From a virus (Duplodnaviria; Caudoviricetes): DNA of 57,159 nt. The DNA lies in IMG/VR virus record IMGVR_UViG_3300005294_000044, positions 1 to 57,159 of that record; one strand, written 5' to 3'. The number at the start of each line of letters is the position of its first letter. Position 1 is the first letter of the stretch. Position numbers and translations under genes: made by a program. Below the pieces are notes generated by a model. It worked only from the letters and a program-made list of their open reading frames with translations. It searched no databases and had not been told where the DNA came from. Shown here one piece after another: positions 16,598-26,719 of the stretch.

Positions 16598-17265
16598 GGT
16601 CTGCCTCCATACTTCGCCGCGAACGTCTCCCCGTCCTTACCTGCCTGTTCCCCCAGGTGGCTGTAAATGTTTGTAAACTCGCCCATCTTCTCGTTGGGTA
16701 CCACGGGTCCGGGGGCAATCACCATGCCGCCAGCCTTACGTCCAGTGAAGTCCATGAACGTGTCACCCCACCACCACTTCAGGTCCTCATCCGCCTCGAA
16801 ACCCTTCTCGCCGCGCATGATGAACGCCCACGGGCACATCCGGTTCCACACATCATGATCCGGTTCAGTCTTCAGGATCGGCTGGGATACGGGACTGACG
16901 TGATGGGTGGAGCCGATCACCGCGTCGTGGTTCCTGATGCAGGTGCTCACGTCGGAGAACCAGCCCGGGTGCACGATGGCGTCATCACACAGGAAGGCCA
17001 CGTCCCAGGTCTGCGGACCGGACGGGAAGTCGATGAACATCAGAACAGCCCGCATACCCCGGTTCCACAGCCGGGACAGGTTGGGCGGCTGCTCGTCGTC
17101 GCGGATCACAATCATGGGATCAGACCCGAACGTGTTGACCGGGGGGTCAGAGGCGTTATCGATGACGATTACTAGATCTACCTGAGGGCCGACGGCAGCT
17201 ACACACCGCTCCAGAAGCTCGGGTCGGTTGTGGGTGAGGATGATGGCGTATCTACCGTGGGTCAT
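16591..17265 (-). CDS. Glycosyltransferase family 2-like
   Basis: AIILTHNRPELL..C...VIVIDNAS...WNRG...FLCDDA...WWWGD. Confidence 0.85.
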   Translation of the reverse strand: MTHGRYAIILTHNRPELLERCVAAVGPQVDLVIVIDNASDPPVNTFGSDPMIVIRDDEQPPNLSRLWNRGMRAVLMFIDFPSGPQTWDVAFLCDDAIVHPGWFSDVSTCIRNHDAVIGSTHHVSPVSQPILKTEPDHDVWNRMCPWAFIMRGEKGFEADEDLKWWWGDTFMDFTGRKAGGMVIAPGPVVPNEKMGEFTNIYSHLGEQAGKDGETFAAKYGGRPW

Positions 17266-17486
17266 GCCATCCCCAGTCCGTGAAATCGTCGCCAGCAACT
17301 CGTGCACCGCACAACTGGCACGCCTGCGTTCTCTCTTAGTCCCCACTGGTTTACTCGGTCGGTGTGACCAACCTTCAGGGCGTCAGCTCCGCAGTCTGCG
17401 CACGTGCCCATGATCATGGGGCCGTGCAGCGTGACGTAGTAGCTGTAGTCATTCAGTGTGACCTTGGAGCCGATCTCCGGGTTCAC
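17262..17486 (-). CDS. Small Zn-ribbon protein
   Basis: CADCG...CTSC; GTGA/ATGA coupled on both sides. Confidence 0.65.
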   Translation of the reverse strand: MNPEIGSKVTLNDYSYYVTLHGPMIMGTCADCGADALKVGHTDRVNQWGLRENAGVPVVRCTSCWRRFHGLGMA

Positions 17487-18541
17487 CCGCGCTCCATCTC
17501 GTACGCCCGGGTCCACGCCTCCATCTGACGCCAGGCGTTGACCTCATAGGTTTGATCTTGCATGTACGTCCTCCCCGCTTCGGCCTGCTCCTTGCGGAGA
17601 ACCTCATCGGTCAACAGGGCCTTGAGCTGGCTGTACCACTGTTTCGGGTGATCGGCCAGCAGGCCCGCCCCCGCCTCCCGGGTCAGCCTACGGTATTCCT
17701 CCCGGGGGGAGGCAACCCATGGGATCCCGAGGGCGAACATCTCGATCCCCTTCAAGCGGGACTTGGCCGCATTGAACGTGGACGGGGACAAAGGGGCCAT
17801 ACCCACATCCATGGTGTCAGCGATCGTCAAAGCCCACTTGTCCAGGGTCATGGAGCCGGTCATCTGCGGAGCCTCGTTCAGCTTCAAGGCGGCCTGGACC
17901 TTGCGGTCGCCGCCCACGATCCGCAACTGGTGCCCCTCGTCGACCAGTTGTTGGGTGGCCTTACCGGTCACCTGAAGGTCGTCCGGGTGGCTGTTGGTGG
18001 TCCCGGCCCAGCCAAAGCATCCGGTGTTGGGCTTGTCAAAGTTCAGGTACGCCTGGGGCACATAGTTGTCGATGACCATTCCCCGCCCATGCTTGGCATA
18101 GGTCTTGAGCAGGGCCCGGGTGGAGCAGGTGACCAGAGTGGCCCGCTTGCAGGACTCAGCCGCCCACTTCCACGAGAACGGGCTACCGGAGCGGGGCCGG
18201 TACATCTGAAAGGCGCTGTTATTGGGGTGGATCGTGGACATGTCATCATCCATGTCCACGACCACCGCCACCTTGTTCTGACGCAGGCAGTCAATCATCT
18301 GGGGCTGTAGTGGGTGAGCTGGACGCTGGATCACTACCACGTCCATGTCCTCGGGCATTTGGATCGAAGTGAGGATCTCCTGGCCGTTGGATCCCTCCAT
18401 CGTCTTGGCCAGGAAGCCAGAGCCCTTTTTCGGTGGCACGATCTCGATGTTGTGGCCCTGCTTCTGGAGCACGTTGGCCGGCCAGATCAAACGGTTGTGA
18501 CCACAGGCGTGAGCGTCAGCCGGGATTACGTACACCTTCAT
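17483..18541 (-). CDS. GT-B (GT4-like) glycosyltransferase
   Basis: ACGHNRLIWP, VVIQR, DMDDD, FGWAGT..H..DL, APL...FN.AKSRLK.IE..ALGIP.VAS. Confidence 0.9.
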   Translation of the reverse strand: MKVYVIPADAHACGHNRLIWPANVLQKQGHNIEIVPPKKGSGFLAKTMEGSNGQEILTSIQMPEDMDVVVIQRPAHPLQPQMIDCLRQNKVAVVVDMDDDMSTIHPNNSAFQMYRPRSGSPFSWKWAAESCKRATLVTCSTRALLKTYAKHGRGMVIDNYVPQAYLNFDKPNTGCFGWAGTTNSHPDDLQVTGKATQQLVDEGHQLRIVGGDRKVQAALKLNEAPQMTGSMTLDKWALTIADTMDVGMAPLSPSTFNAAKSRLKGIEMFALGIPWVASPREEYRRLTREAGAGLLADHPKQWYSQLKALLTDEVLRKEQAEAGRTYMQDQTYEVNAWRQMEAWTRAYEMERG

Positions 18542-18872
18542 TGGAACTCCCTAGCTCAAGGATCTTGTCCTCTAGGGAGGTTAAGGCAGGTCGAGGTTGC
18601 ACGGAAAGTGCGAGGTTGGTCAGTTGCTGCTGAGTTTCCCGCTGCATCTCCATCAGTTTGGTCAGGTTGCCGTTGCTGGCCTCTTTGACCTGATCCAGCT
18701 TCTGGTACACGGCCACGCCAAAGGCACCCAGAACTGGTACCGCGACCAGACCCGCCAGGGTCAGGATCACTGACGGATCCTTGTCCAGAAGGGTCAGGGT
18801 CACCGATCCGGCCACCAGGATAAAGATGATTATCACTGCTGCCCAGATGGTGTTGGGGTTCTTCATTTCCAT
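18516..18872 (-). CDS. Holin-like membrane protein
   Basis: Two TM helices, directly downstream of the endolysin. Confidence 0.65.
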   Translation of the reverse strand: MEMKNPNTIWAAVIIIFILVAGSVTLTLLDKDPSVILTLAGLVAVPVLGAFGVAVYQKLDQVKEASNGNLTKLMEMQRETQQQLTNLALSVQPRPALTSLEDKILELGSSNEGVRNPG

Positions 18873-18887
18873 ACCCTGAAAACCGGG

Positions 18888-19634
18888 CTATTCGGCCAGC
18901 CGCTGAGCTAGTTCGTCAGCGATCTGTTCCACGGTCGGTGCCGGAGTACCAGGAGTGCCGCCAGCCTGCACCAGGGCCAGGATCTGGCCTACCTGGGTCT
19001 CCAGGACCTTCAGACGCCGGGCAATCATGAACGGGTAGGTCTCGGCCCCGTTGACCTGGGTGATGTTGTCGGCGTCGAACAGAACAGCCGTGTTGGTCCG
19101 GTCCAGATTGGCCAGCATCCGGTGTTCGTCGGGGGTCATGTCCTCTACCTCTTCCTGAACAGGAACCAATTTCCAGGCACCCAAAGTGGTGTACTGGTGA
19201 TCGGTCCGGGCCGACAGATGGATGTGGTCGAAATGACCAGCCGCGTCCTTGCCTATCCAGCCACTACGCACATCGTAGGACTTGCCCCGCCAGATCAGAT
19301 ACTTGAGCCACGGCATGCGCCCGGCCCGAGCCTCTTTGATCCAGTAGTTGAATAGGACAAAGCAGTCCACGCCCAGGTCCGGGCGGTGCATCACATCGGT
19401 GGCAAAAACTACCCACTGTGGGGAAACCTTAGGCCAGCCGGTAGACGAAAACGGGGTGTGGTCCTGGGGCGGTTCAGCCTGATAGTGGGCCTCGTTGGCG
19501 TACCAACTGAACAGGTGCTCTGTTGCTGCCTGCGGATAGGCGACCTTGAGCCGGTTCACCACATCCCGGATCGGCTGCGCAGGCTCCAGTGGTCTTCCCA
19601 GCCGGTCCCAGGCGTAGTACAAGGCGACTGCCAT
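18888..19634 (-). CDS. Endolysin (Zn peptidase-like)
   Basis: DH.P....A.D...YLIW....H.DHIHLS; located after the tail genes and before the holin. Confidence 0.7.
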   Translation of the reverse strand: MAVALYYAWDRLGRPLEPAQPIRDVVNRLKVAYPQAATEHLFSWYANEAHYQAEPPQDHTPFSSTGWPKVSPQWVVFATDVMHRPDLGVDCFVLFNYWIKEARAGRMPWLKYLIWRGKSYDVRSGWIGKDAAGHFDHIHLSARTDHQYTTLGAWKLVPVQEEVEDMTPDEHRMLANLDRTNTAVLFDADNITQVNGAETYPFMIARRLKVLETQVGQILALVQAGGTPGTPAPTVEQIADELAQRLAE

Positions 19635-19645
19635 CAGTTCACCTC

Positions 19646-20395
19646 CTACGTCAAAGCAAACGCTGAATTGGCCAGGCCAGTCAAGGTGGTAGCGCTACCC
19701 ACTCTGTGGGCGGTGACCGTCAGTGGCTGATTCGTGTCACCAAAAAGGGATACATTGGCCGCACCCACTGAACGCTGGACCGTTAGCGACAGCAATGTGG
19801 AGATGGTGCCACCTGTCGTGTTCTTGATATAGGACCGGGCGTAGAAGTACGGCACACTGCCGCCGATACCAGCCACCAGGTTGACCTGGAAGAACCCCAA
19901 CAGGGTGCCGGTGATGGTCGCTGCACCTTCCCGGAGTCGGATGCGGGCCTGATGCAGGGTGCCGGCTGAGTCGAACACCCCACCGGACATGTCGCAGGCG
20001 TAGATCGAATCGTCAAGAAAATCGAAGGACGGTTCGAAGTCCCAGGATCCGGAGGGTACCGCCACCTCGGTCCCAGCCGCTGTGGCAACCGTGCCCTGAG
20101 TGGTGGAGTTGGCGTCCAAGTCCCCGATCTCGGTAACGAACCCGATGATGTAGTTACCGGCCGGAGGGACCTTCACCGCATAGACCCGTGTTGCCGGGGG
20201 GATCGGTCCCACCATGGAGGTCATGGCGATGCTGGCAGTGTCGCCGTCATAGGCCGCGATGACCGCTACCGGATCCGATCCGTCTGACACAGTGGCCGGT
20301 CGCAGGTCCCAGGTCAGACCGAGAGCGTCTGCACGTTCAACAACGGTCTGGATCCCGACGCTGATCAGTTCGGGGGCTTCCTTGGAAGGGTTCAC
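19646..20395 (-). CDS. Minor tail protein
   Basis: Synteny; N-terminal OB-like beta region. Confidence 0.65.
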   Translation of the reverse strand: MNPSKEAPELISVGIQTVVERADALGLTWDLRPATVSDGSDPVAVIAAYDGDTASIAMTSMVGPIPPATRVYAVKVPPAGNYIIGFVTEIGDLDANSTTQGTVATAAGTEVAVPSGSWDFEPSFDFLDDSIYACDMSGGVFDSAGTLHQARIRLREGAATITGTLLGFFQVNLVAGIGGSVPYFYARSYIKNTTGGTISTLLSLTVQRSVGAANVSLFGDTNQPLTVTAHRVGSATTLTGLANSAFALT

Positions 20396-21456
20396 TGGTA
20401 CCCCTTACGGAGCAAGTGATTCATGGCCCCACCCTCCACAAGGGACATGGACCAGGCCAGCTCCAGCCACAACGCTCCCTGCCACTTGATCACGTTGTAG
20501 GAGTCGTGGCGTGGATCAGGAGCAGTGGACAGGCTCACTCTTTCGAAGACTGTCTGGCGGTTGACCAGTCCCTCCACCACCGCCTGGGCCTGACTCTGCG
20601 TGGACAGTTGAAGGTTCTGCGTCAAAGAGATGACGAACCCCCTGTTGGGCACCGAGTGGGGCGCACTGACCGGAACGTCAGCGGTGGCGAACACAGGAAC
20701 GTCACGGTCCTGCGCCGCATTGGAGATGACAGCAAACCGGTTCGGTGCCGTGAGCAGGTCATCGGTCTCAAGGATCTGATCCCGGTACACCTTAAACCCG
20801 GTGTCATAGTCCAGGTCTGCGACAGCCTTGGCCGGATCGAAGGTGCGGATGAACCGCATGATTCCATTGTTATCGAACCAGGGGCTGAAGTAGTCACCCG
20901 ATATGGCTAGCGCCTCCAAGACCTGCCCTCGGGAGGTTCCTGAACCCCATGCTTCGGCACTGATGAAACCTGCCGGCTCCAACTGGAACGAGATAGGCAG
21001 TCCGGACAGAGCTGTGGCAATCACGTCGGCTGTATCAAACCCCACCCCATTGATCCCGGCGGTGATCTCCTGGTCCACCAGGAACATCTCATCGTTCAGG
21101 GCCATGGCCCCTAGGCGTCCTGCCGTAGTCAGCACCCGGGCCGCGTCGGTGAACATGTACCGACCCAATGGGTACTGCGTTCCATCGGCCATCACCATGA
21201 ACACCAGCACCCGGTCCGTGATCGTGTTCACGGCAGCGGTGTCTTCCACGCCCAGTGGGAGCGTGAGCTGACGCTTGATGGTCCGGGTGGTGTCGTGGGT
21301 CAGGGAGGCGGCCCGGATCGGGGTGATGTCGCCTAGATGCTGGCCGGTCACCCCGTTGATGAGCTGGAACCGGAACGTGCAGGAACGCTGCCCGATCCCG
21401 GTGTTCAGATCCAGGATCGGGTTATTGGGCAGTGTGGTCAGCGTCGGGCCACTCAT
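20392..21456 (-). CDS. Minor tail (hub-like) protein
   Basis: Synteny; R.I.R.L.L...YPLG.Y...WFD..G...P.PRH pattern. Confidence 0.75.
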   Translation of the reverse strand: MSGPTLTTLPNNPILDLNTGIGQRSCTFRFQLINGVTGQHLGDITPIRAASLTHDTTRTIKRQLTLPLGVEDTAAVNTITDRVLVFMVMADGTQYPLGRYMFTDAARVLTTAGRLGAMALNDEMFLVDQEITAGINGVGFDTADVIATALSGLPISFQLEPAGFISAEAWGSGTSRGQVLEALAISGDYFSPWFDNNGIMRFIRTFDPAKAVADLDYDTGFKVYRDQILETDDLLTAPNRFAVISNAAQDRDVPVFATADVPVSAPHSVPNRGFVISLTQNLQLSTQSQAQAVVEGLVNRQTVFERVSLSTAPDPRHDSYNVIKWQGALWLELAWSMSLVEGGAMNHLLRKGYQ

Positions 21457-24400
21457 GGGTCCACCGGGAAGGCCGTGTCGGTCACTTGGATCACCGTCAC
21501 CGGGGCCATGTAAATTGTTCGGTTCAATTGAACTCGCCCAGACGGAACAACTACGGTGGCGAACCAGCGGTTGCCGTCCTCGTCACGTACACAGATGTAC
21601 GGGACCGTGTCCCAGGCCATGTCCCGCAGGGCTGTGAAGTCCCCCAGGGTCGGTGGGGAGATGGCGGCAGCCTGGACCAGGACAGAGCGGGTGAACCGCT
21701 CCCCGCCCCGCTCCAGGGGCCGGAAGGCGGTGACGAAGTCCTTGTTGTACATCTTCTGAAGCTGGACATCGCCCACCTCGGGGAACTCGAAGTCCTCCGA
21801 GACCGAGGCGTTGCCGTCCCATACCGAGGAGTAGGCCAGGTTGATCGAACCGTCCTGGCGGGAGTTGGAGGTGAACAGCAGGACATGTCCACCGTCACAC
21901 TCAATCTCCAGGCCAGGCTCAGTCAGTGTGGACGTGATGGTGCTGGACCAAGGGCCAGCGAAGCTGTACACGTCCACCGCCCGGATCCGGTACGAGGACA
22001 ACACCCCCACCCGGGCCTCGTAGTCAGCGAACGTGATCTGGGCCGGACTGGTGGCCTTCATGATGGTCTGCCAGTCGGTCAGGTCATCCATGCGTTGCAG
22101 CTCGTAGTAGCCGAACCAGTAGCCAGGAGGAGTGATCACCAGGTTGTCGTAGGACATGGTGTGACCGGTGCTGGTGGACCCGTCCCGACCAAAGACCCCG
22201 GCGAAGTTGCCGGTGGTCAGGTCCGTGTCGGTGGTCTCGATGTCCCACATGGGGGGTTCGGGATCCTCGGCCTTCCAGATCTTGGCCTTGAGGAATGTTC
22301 CGTAGCCGATGATCCGGATCGTCAGGGCCGCTCCGATGCCCCCGGACAGGTCCGGTCGATTGGTCAGGGCGATCTGGGTGATGACGCTAGCTACCCGCTT
22401 CTCCAGGCGCAGCTGCACCACTCCAGCAGAGGTGATGTCCGCCGTGGCGTAGTAGTTGTTGCCGGAGTCGGTGTACCGACCCACCGGTCCACCACGGATC
22501 AGTCCACCACCGTCGGGTGTGGACAGCGGGGAGATGTCCACGGTCACGTCAAAGTCGATGGCACCAACATTGAGCACTGCGAAGCGGGCAGAGTTCACCG
22601 CACTGAACGTGATCAGCCCATGGTCGGTCGTATCCCATGGAGGCAGGGAGGTCCCCACGGAGAAGTCGGCAGCGGTACCGCTGAGCGTGTAGGCACCACC
22701 CACGTCGGCCGTACCCCAGGAACCGGCCGCAACACTACGGGCGAAGCCATCTGACCCGATGCCTGTGTTGATGGGCTTGGACCAGGAGATCGCGTTGTAG
22801 AAGATCTCGGTGGGTATGCAGCACGGATCCAGGCCACAGTCTGGTCCGATGCCGGACACTGCCTGACTGGACTCGATGAGGCTGAAACCGGTCACCGGCA
22901 ACATGTCCTGGGCGAAGATCAGAACACCATCGGAAGTCTGGTCATCACTGGTAGCGGTGACCGCTGGGGCGTACTGCGGGACCCAGCCGAAGTTGACAGT
23001 GTCACCGACCGTGGGGGCGCCGTAGGTGGCCAGGGAAAGCTGATTAGGGCTCGGCACCCGGTTCAGCAGGTTGCCTGGAATCCCCGACAGTGCTGGTGCC
23101 ATACATCCCAGCACCTCCCACCGGTCCCCGGAGTTCTCCCCGTTGGCCGACCAGCGCCACTGGGTCGGACCCGCAGCCCCCATGGTGGGGGCGGTGCTGA
23201 ACCGTAGGGTGACCTCTTTCCAGCCGTCGATGATCTCGTCCAGCTCGTCAAAGTCCTGGGGTGAGATCTGCACACTCAGGCCGGAGCCAGTGATGGTGGG
23301 GGAGTCCAGCAACAGGGGCACGGTGGTGGACCCGAAACGACGGGCGTAGTAGCGCACCTGGGGCCAGGACTTGGCCGAGCCAACCGCCGAATCCAGAACC
23401 TCCTGGGTGGCGGTGATGGTGCCGTAGACCTGGGCTATGGCCTGGCGTCCGTAGACGTGCACCTCGGTCAGTGGACCACCGGAGGTGTGCACCGAGATCT
23501 GCGGCAGGACATGGGTGGTCTCGGCGCTGAACGTCTCCCCCAGATGATCCCCCACCGGGAACGGGATGTTGTTCTGGATCCCCGGATGTGGCGGGATTGC
23601 GTAGTACTCCCGCAGGCCATTGAGCAGGGGATAGGCCGAGGAACTGGTGACACTGGCCAGGGCCAGGGATGTGTCCCCGACGTTGGGTGCAGTGAGAAGG
23701 GCCGTATATTCGCCCACCGGTAGGGCCGGAAGTGAGGCGCCGGCCAGGGTGCGCATGGTGACGATATTGGCGCCAGTAACAAATGGTTGATCCGAACTGG
23801 TGTAGGCGCCGAAGGACTTCATACCTACGGCGACACGCTTCTCTTCGCAGAAGGTGACCACCAGAGCCGCGTAGGTTAGTACGAAGCTGCCACCGAAGTC
23901 GGTCTGGTTCGCCCAGAAGATACGGCCCATGATTCGACCTGAAGCCGAGGCTTCCAGCTTCTGAAGATCAGCGTAAGTCCAGGGGACCCGCTCCACTGTG
24001 GACGTAAACGGCACGCCATTGAACAGTGGGCTTACCTCGCCAAGATCAGCGTAGAAAAGCTGGTCTATGACAATGTCCGGATCGAAGCCCTGAAGAAGTC
24101 CATACAGTGGACCAACCGAAGCGTCGGTGGTTATCTCGACGTTGCCGTTCAAGGGGCTTGGCGAACCCGCATGACTCACGCCGGCTACATAGGCCAGCTT
24201 TACGTCCAGGATGCGCTTCCCGTTCAATTGAGGCGCATAAGCGTTGGTAGCGAAGAACACCGTGATGTTGTTGGCACTACCTTGGCCCGCAAGGATCTGG
24301 ATGTACTTGCCGTCGCTGGGGTCAGAGAGCGCGTCAACAACGGTGGAGGAATTGGCGAAGGCGATACCAGACCCGGTGGTGCCCCCATTGTTCACCGGGA

Positions 24401-24662
24401 TAATCACTTCCCGGATGGGCCCAGTCTGGTCCTCGCTGCCGGTCGGATATACCGACACCGCCATGACCCGGTTGGTTACCACCGCTGGAGCAAACGTATT
24501 CAGGTAGAAGCGGCCATCTTGCAAGATACGAGCTGTGGTCAAAGTGAAGCTATGGCCCAGCTCTACAGCATTCACGGTAGGGGAGAAGGTGATGTCCTCA
24601 TCTCGGATGGGAACCCATTCCTCACCCAGGATCTGCGGCACATGGCTGTTGTAGTTGCCCAC
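21453..24662 (-). CDS. Large minor tail protein (lectin-like domain, distal-tail-like C-terminus)
   Basis: 1069 aa, beta-rich, directly after the tape measure; C-terminal DYEAR...YRIRAV...CVRD..G. Confidence 0.8.
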   Translation of the reverse strand: MGNYNSHVPQILGEEWVPIRDEDITFSPTVNAVELGHSFTLTTARILQDGRFYLNTFAPAVVTNRVMAVSVYPTGSEDQTGPIREVIIPVNNGGTTGSGIAFANSSTVVDALSDPSDGKYIQILAGQGSANNITVFFATNAYAPQLNGKRILDVKLAYVAGVSHAGSPSPLNGNVEITTDASVGPLYGLLQGFDPDIVIDQLFYADLGEVSPLFNGVPFTSTVERVPWTYADLQKLEASASGRIMGRIFWANQTDFGGSFVLTYAALVVTFCEEKRVAVGMKSFGAYTSSDQPFVTGANIVTMRTLAGASLPALPVGEYTALLTAPNVGDTSLALASVTSSSAYPLLNGLREYYAIPPHPGIQNNIPFPVGDHLGETFSAETTHVLPQISVHTSGGPLTEVHVYGRQAIAQVYGTITATQEVLDSAVGSAKSWPQVRYYARRFGSTTVPLLLDSPTITGSGLSVQISPQDFDELDEIIDGWKEVTLRFSTAPTMGAAGPTQWRWSANGENSGDRWEVLGCMAPALSGIPGNLLNRVPSPNQLSLATYGAPTVGDTVNFGWVPQYAPAVTATSDDQTSDGVLIFAQDMLPVTGFSLIESSQAVSGIGPDCGLDPCCIPTEIFYNAISWSKPINTGIGSDGFARSVAAGSWGTADVGGAYTLSGTAADFSVGTSLPPWDTTDHGLITFSAVNSARFAVLNVGAIDFDVTVDISPLSTPDGGGLIRGGPVGRYTDSGNNYYATADITSAGVVQLRLEKRVASVITQIALTNRPDLSGGIGAALTIRIIGYGTFLKAKIWKAEDPEPPMWDIETTDTDLTTGNFAGVFGRDGSTSTGHTMSYDNLVITPPGYWFGYYELQRMDDLTDWQTIMKATSPAQITFADYEARVGVLSSYRIRAVDVYSFAGPWSSTITSTLTEPGLEIECDGGHVLLFTSNSRQDGSINLAYSSVWDGNASVSEDFEFPEVGDVQLQKMYNKDFVTAFRPLERGGERFTRSVLVQAAAISPPTLGDFTALRDMAWDTVPYICVRDEDGNRWFATVVVPSGRVQLNRTIYMAPVTVIQVTDTAFPVDP

Positions 24663-26701
24663 TACAGTGTCCTTACCGCTAGACGTGTCTGCTGTGCGGC
24701 CAGCATAGCGTTGATGCCATTCCCCACTGCGGTACCAGTACGGGTCGCCTGCTGCTCGGTGTCAAAGTTCCCATTGACCTGAATAGCACCCCGACCAAAG
24801 TTGATCTGGCTCATGGCGTCAGTGCTCACTTCACGAAGTTCCGGGGCTTCCATCTTGATACCTCGGATCAGGTCCTGCACCATGCGCTGACCCCGGTACA
24901 GGGTGTATCCGGATCCAGAGAAAGGTCCTTCTTCTGCTGGGGATCCGGGCATGAACCTGGCGACCTGGCTCACGATCCAACCACCAGCGCTCAGTAACGG
25001 CGCCACCATGCTCTTGATGCCGTCAATGAAGCCTTGGACCAGGTTGCGTCCTGCTTGGAACAGGGTCTTGCCTAGGTTCACCAGAGCCTGTTGGGCCCGG
25101 TCTGGTAGACCCCGGACGAAGGCAATGGCCTCATTGAGACGGGCCGAGATGGTGTCCCGTAGGTTGATGAAGGTGGTCTGGACCGGGGTGTACAGGCCCC
25201 GGAAGAAGTCGATGATGCCCTGACCTACGCTGCCCACCTTTTCAAGGATAGAAACGAACCAGTCCCCGATGGCAGGTCCGACTATGTCGATGAGGAACGA
25301 GAAGAAGGCGTGGACTGCCTCACCCATGACCTCCAGCAGGGCCAGTAACCCCAGGATGACAAGGACCAGGCCACCGACAACCTGGATGCTGAAGATCAGT
25401 AGGTCAATGAGTCCTTCCAGGGCTTTCTGACCGGCCGGACTGGACAGGAAAGCGTTCATGATCATGAAGAACCTGACCAGTTCGTCGATCAGCTTCTTGC
25501 CGCCAGCCTCGTCCAACTGGGCCAGCAGGATCACGATGAACTCGGTGACCTGTCCCAGCAACTCGAACACCGACTCAAGTGTCTTTTCCATCGAGTCCAG
25601 CCACTGCCGGGCCTTACCCGAGTTGAGACGGTTGGCGATGAAGTTGCTCAACGAGATCAGGGCGTTGGCGAACATCATGCCGAACTTTTCCAGGAACGGC
25701 AGTGCCAGGTCCGCCAAGGCTATGAACACTCGTAGCAGGTGGATCAGGGCGGGACCGGCTATCTGGATCCATGCGATCGTGGCGGGGAAGATGTCCTTGA
25801 CGAACTGAATGAAGATCGGGGAGTTGAAGAACTGCGCCAGCTCCCGGAAGAAGAACCCTAGAGCCAGAGCCACGTCACTAAGCCCGTGGGTCAGGATCGG
25901 CCGCAGGTTCTTGATCAGGTCGGTGATGGGTCCAGTACCCAGGGCCCGGAAGAAGCTCTCCTGGACCAGGGTCTTGATGTCTGTGAAGAGTTGCTTGAGC
26001 GGCAGCAGGGCCCTGACGAAGTTCTGGGCCGAAGGGGTCAGACCCTGAAGGGCCTTGTTCAACTCGGTGACGTTCTTGGCCGCGAAAGCTCCACTGATCG
26101 CGGTACCCATGCCCTGGAAGGCTATGAATAGAACCCCCACCTGGACCCCGATAGAGGCCAACAGTGCAGGGAGTGTGGCAGCCAGGGCAATAAGGCTGTT
26201 CAGGGCCTGGATCGCTGCCACAACCAGGGCGACGATGGAGGCCACTAGGGGTACCAACAGGGCGATCAAGGGCGATCGACCACTGATATTGAAACTGGCC
26301 CCCACCGCGTCAGCAAAGCCTTGTCCGATACGGTCTAACGGTCCGCCAGGGCCAGCTGCCCGAGCGACTTCCTTCTCTACCTCTTCTTCAAACATCCGCA
26401 CGAAGCGACCAGCAGCATCGTGAAGTCGGCCCCGGCGATCGAAGACGTACCGGACGCCGTCAATGTGCACGGTTTTACCACGGACGCTGCGCTCCATCGC
26501 GCGCCCGAAGTCGTCGCCATGCTTACCTAATTCCTTGCTGGTTGAGTCGGCAAGATGCTCGCCCCAACTTTCGCCAACCTCATCCAGCAGCTTTTCAGCA
26601 TCTCTGGAGGACGCCTTAATCTTCCGTTCAAGCTCCCGCTCATAAGGATCGGTGTTAGCGTGAACGTCGATGAAGGCTTCACCCTCGGACCCAAAAGCCA
26701 C
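24662..26701 (-). CDS. Tape measure protein
   Basis: Amphipathic helical; ALQGLTPSAQNFV; AGRNLVQGFIDGI; PGSPAEEGPFSG. Confidence 0.9.
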   Translation of the reverse strand: MAFGSEGEAFIDVHANTDPYERELERKIKASSRDAEKLLDEVGESWGEHLADSTSKELGKHGDDFGRAMERSVRGKTVHIDGVRYVFDRRGRLHDAAGRFVRMFEEEVEKEVARAAGPGGPLDRIGQGFADAVGASFNISGRSPLIALLVPLVASIVALVVAAIQALNSLIALAATLPALLASIGVQVGVLFIAFQGMGTAISGAFAAKNVTELNKALQGLTPSAQNFVRALLPLKQLFTDIKTLVQESFFRALGTGPITDLIKNLRPILTHGLSDVALALGFFFRELAQFFNSPIFIQFVKDIFPATIAWIQIAGPALIHLLRVFIALADLALPFLEKFGMMFANALISLSNFIANRLNSGKARQWLDSMEKTLESVFELLGQVTEFIVILLAQLDEAGGKKLIDELVRFFMIMNAFLSSPAGQKALEGLIDLLIFSIQVVGGLVLVILGLLALLEVMGEAVHAFFSFLIDIVGPAIGDWFVSILEKVGSVGQGIIDFFRGLYTPVQTTFINLRDTISARLNEAIAFVRGLPDRAQQALVNLGKTLFQAGRNLVQGFIDGIKSMVAPLLSAGGWIVSQVARFMPGSPAEEGPFSGSGYTLYRGQRMVQDLIRGIKMEAPELREVSTDAMSQINFGRGAIQVNGNFDTEQQATRTGTAVGNGINAMLAAQQTRLAVRTL

Positions 26702-26719
26702 AAGGTCATGTTACGGGAA

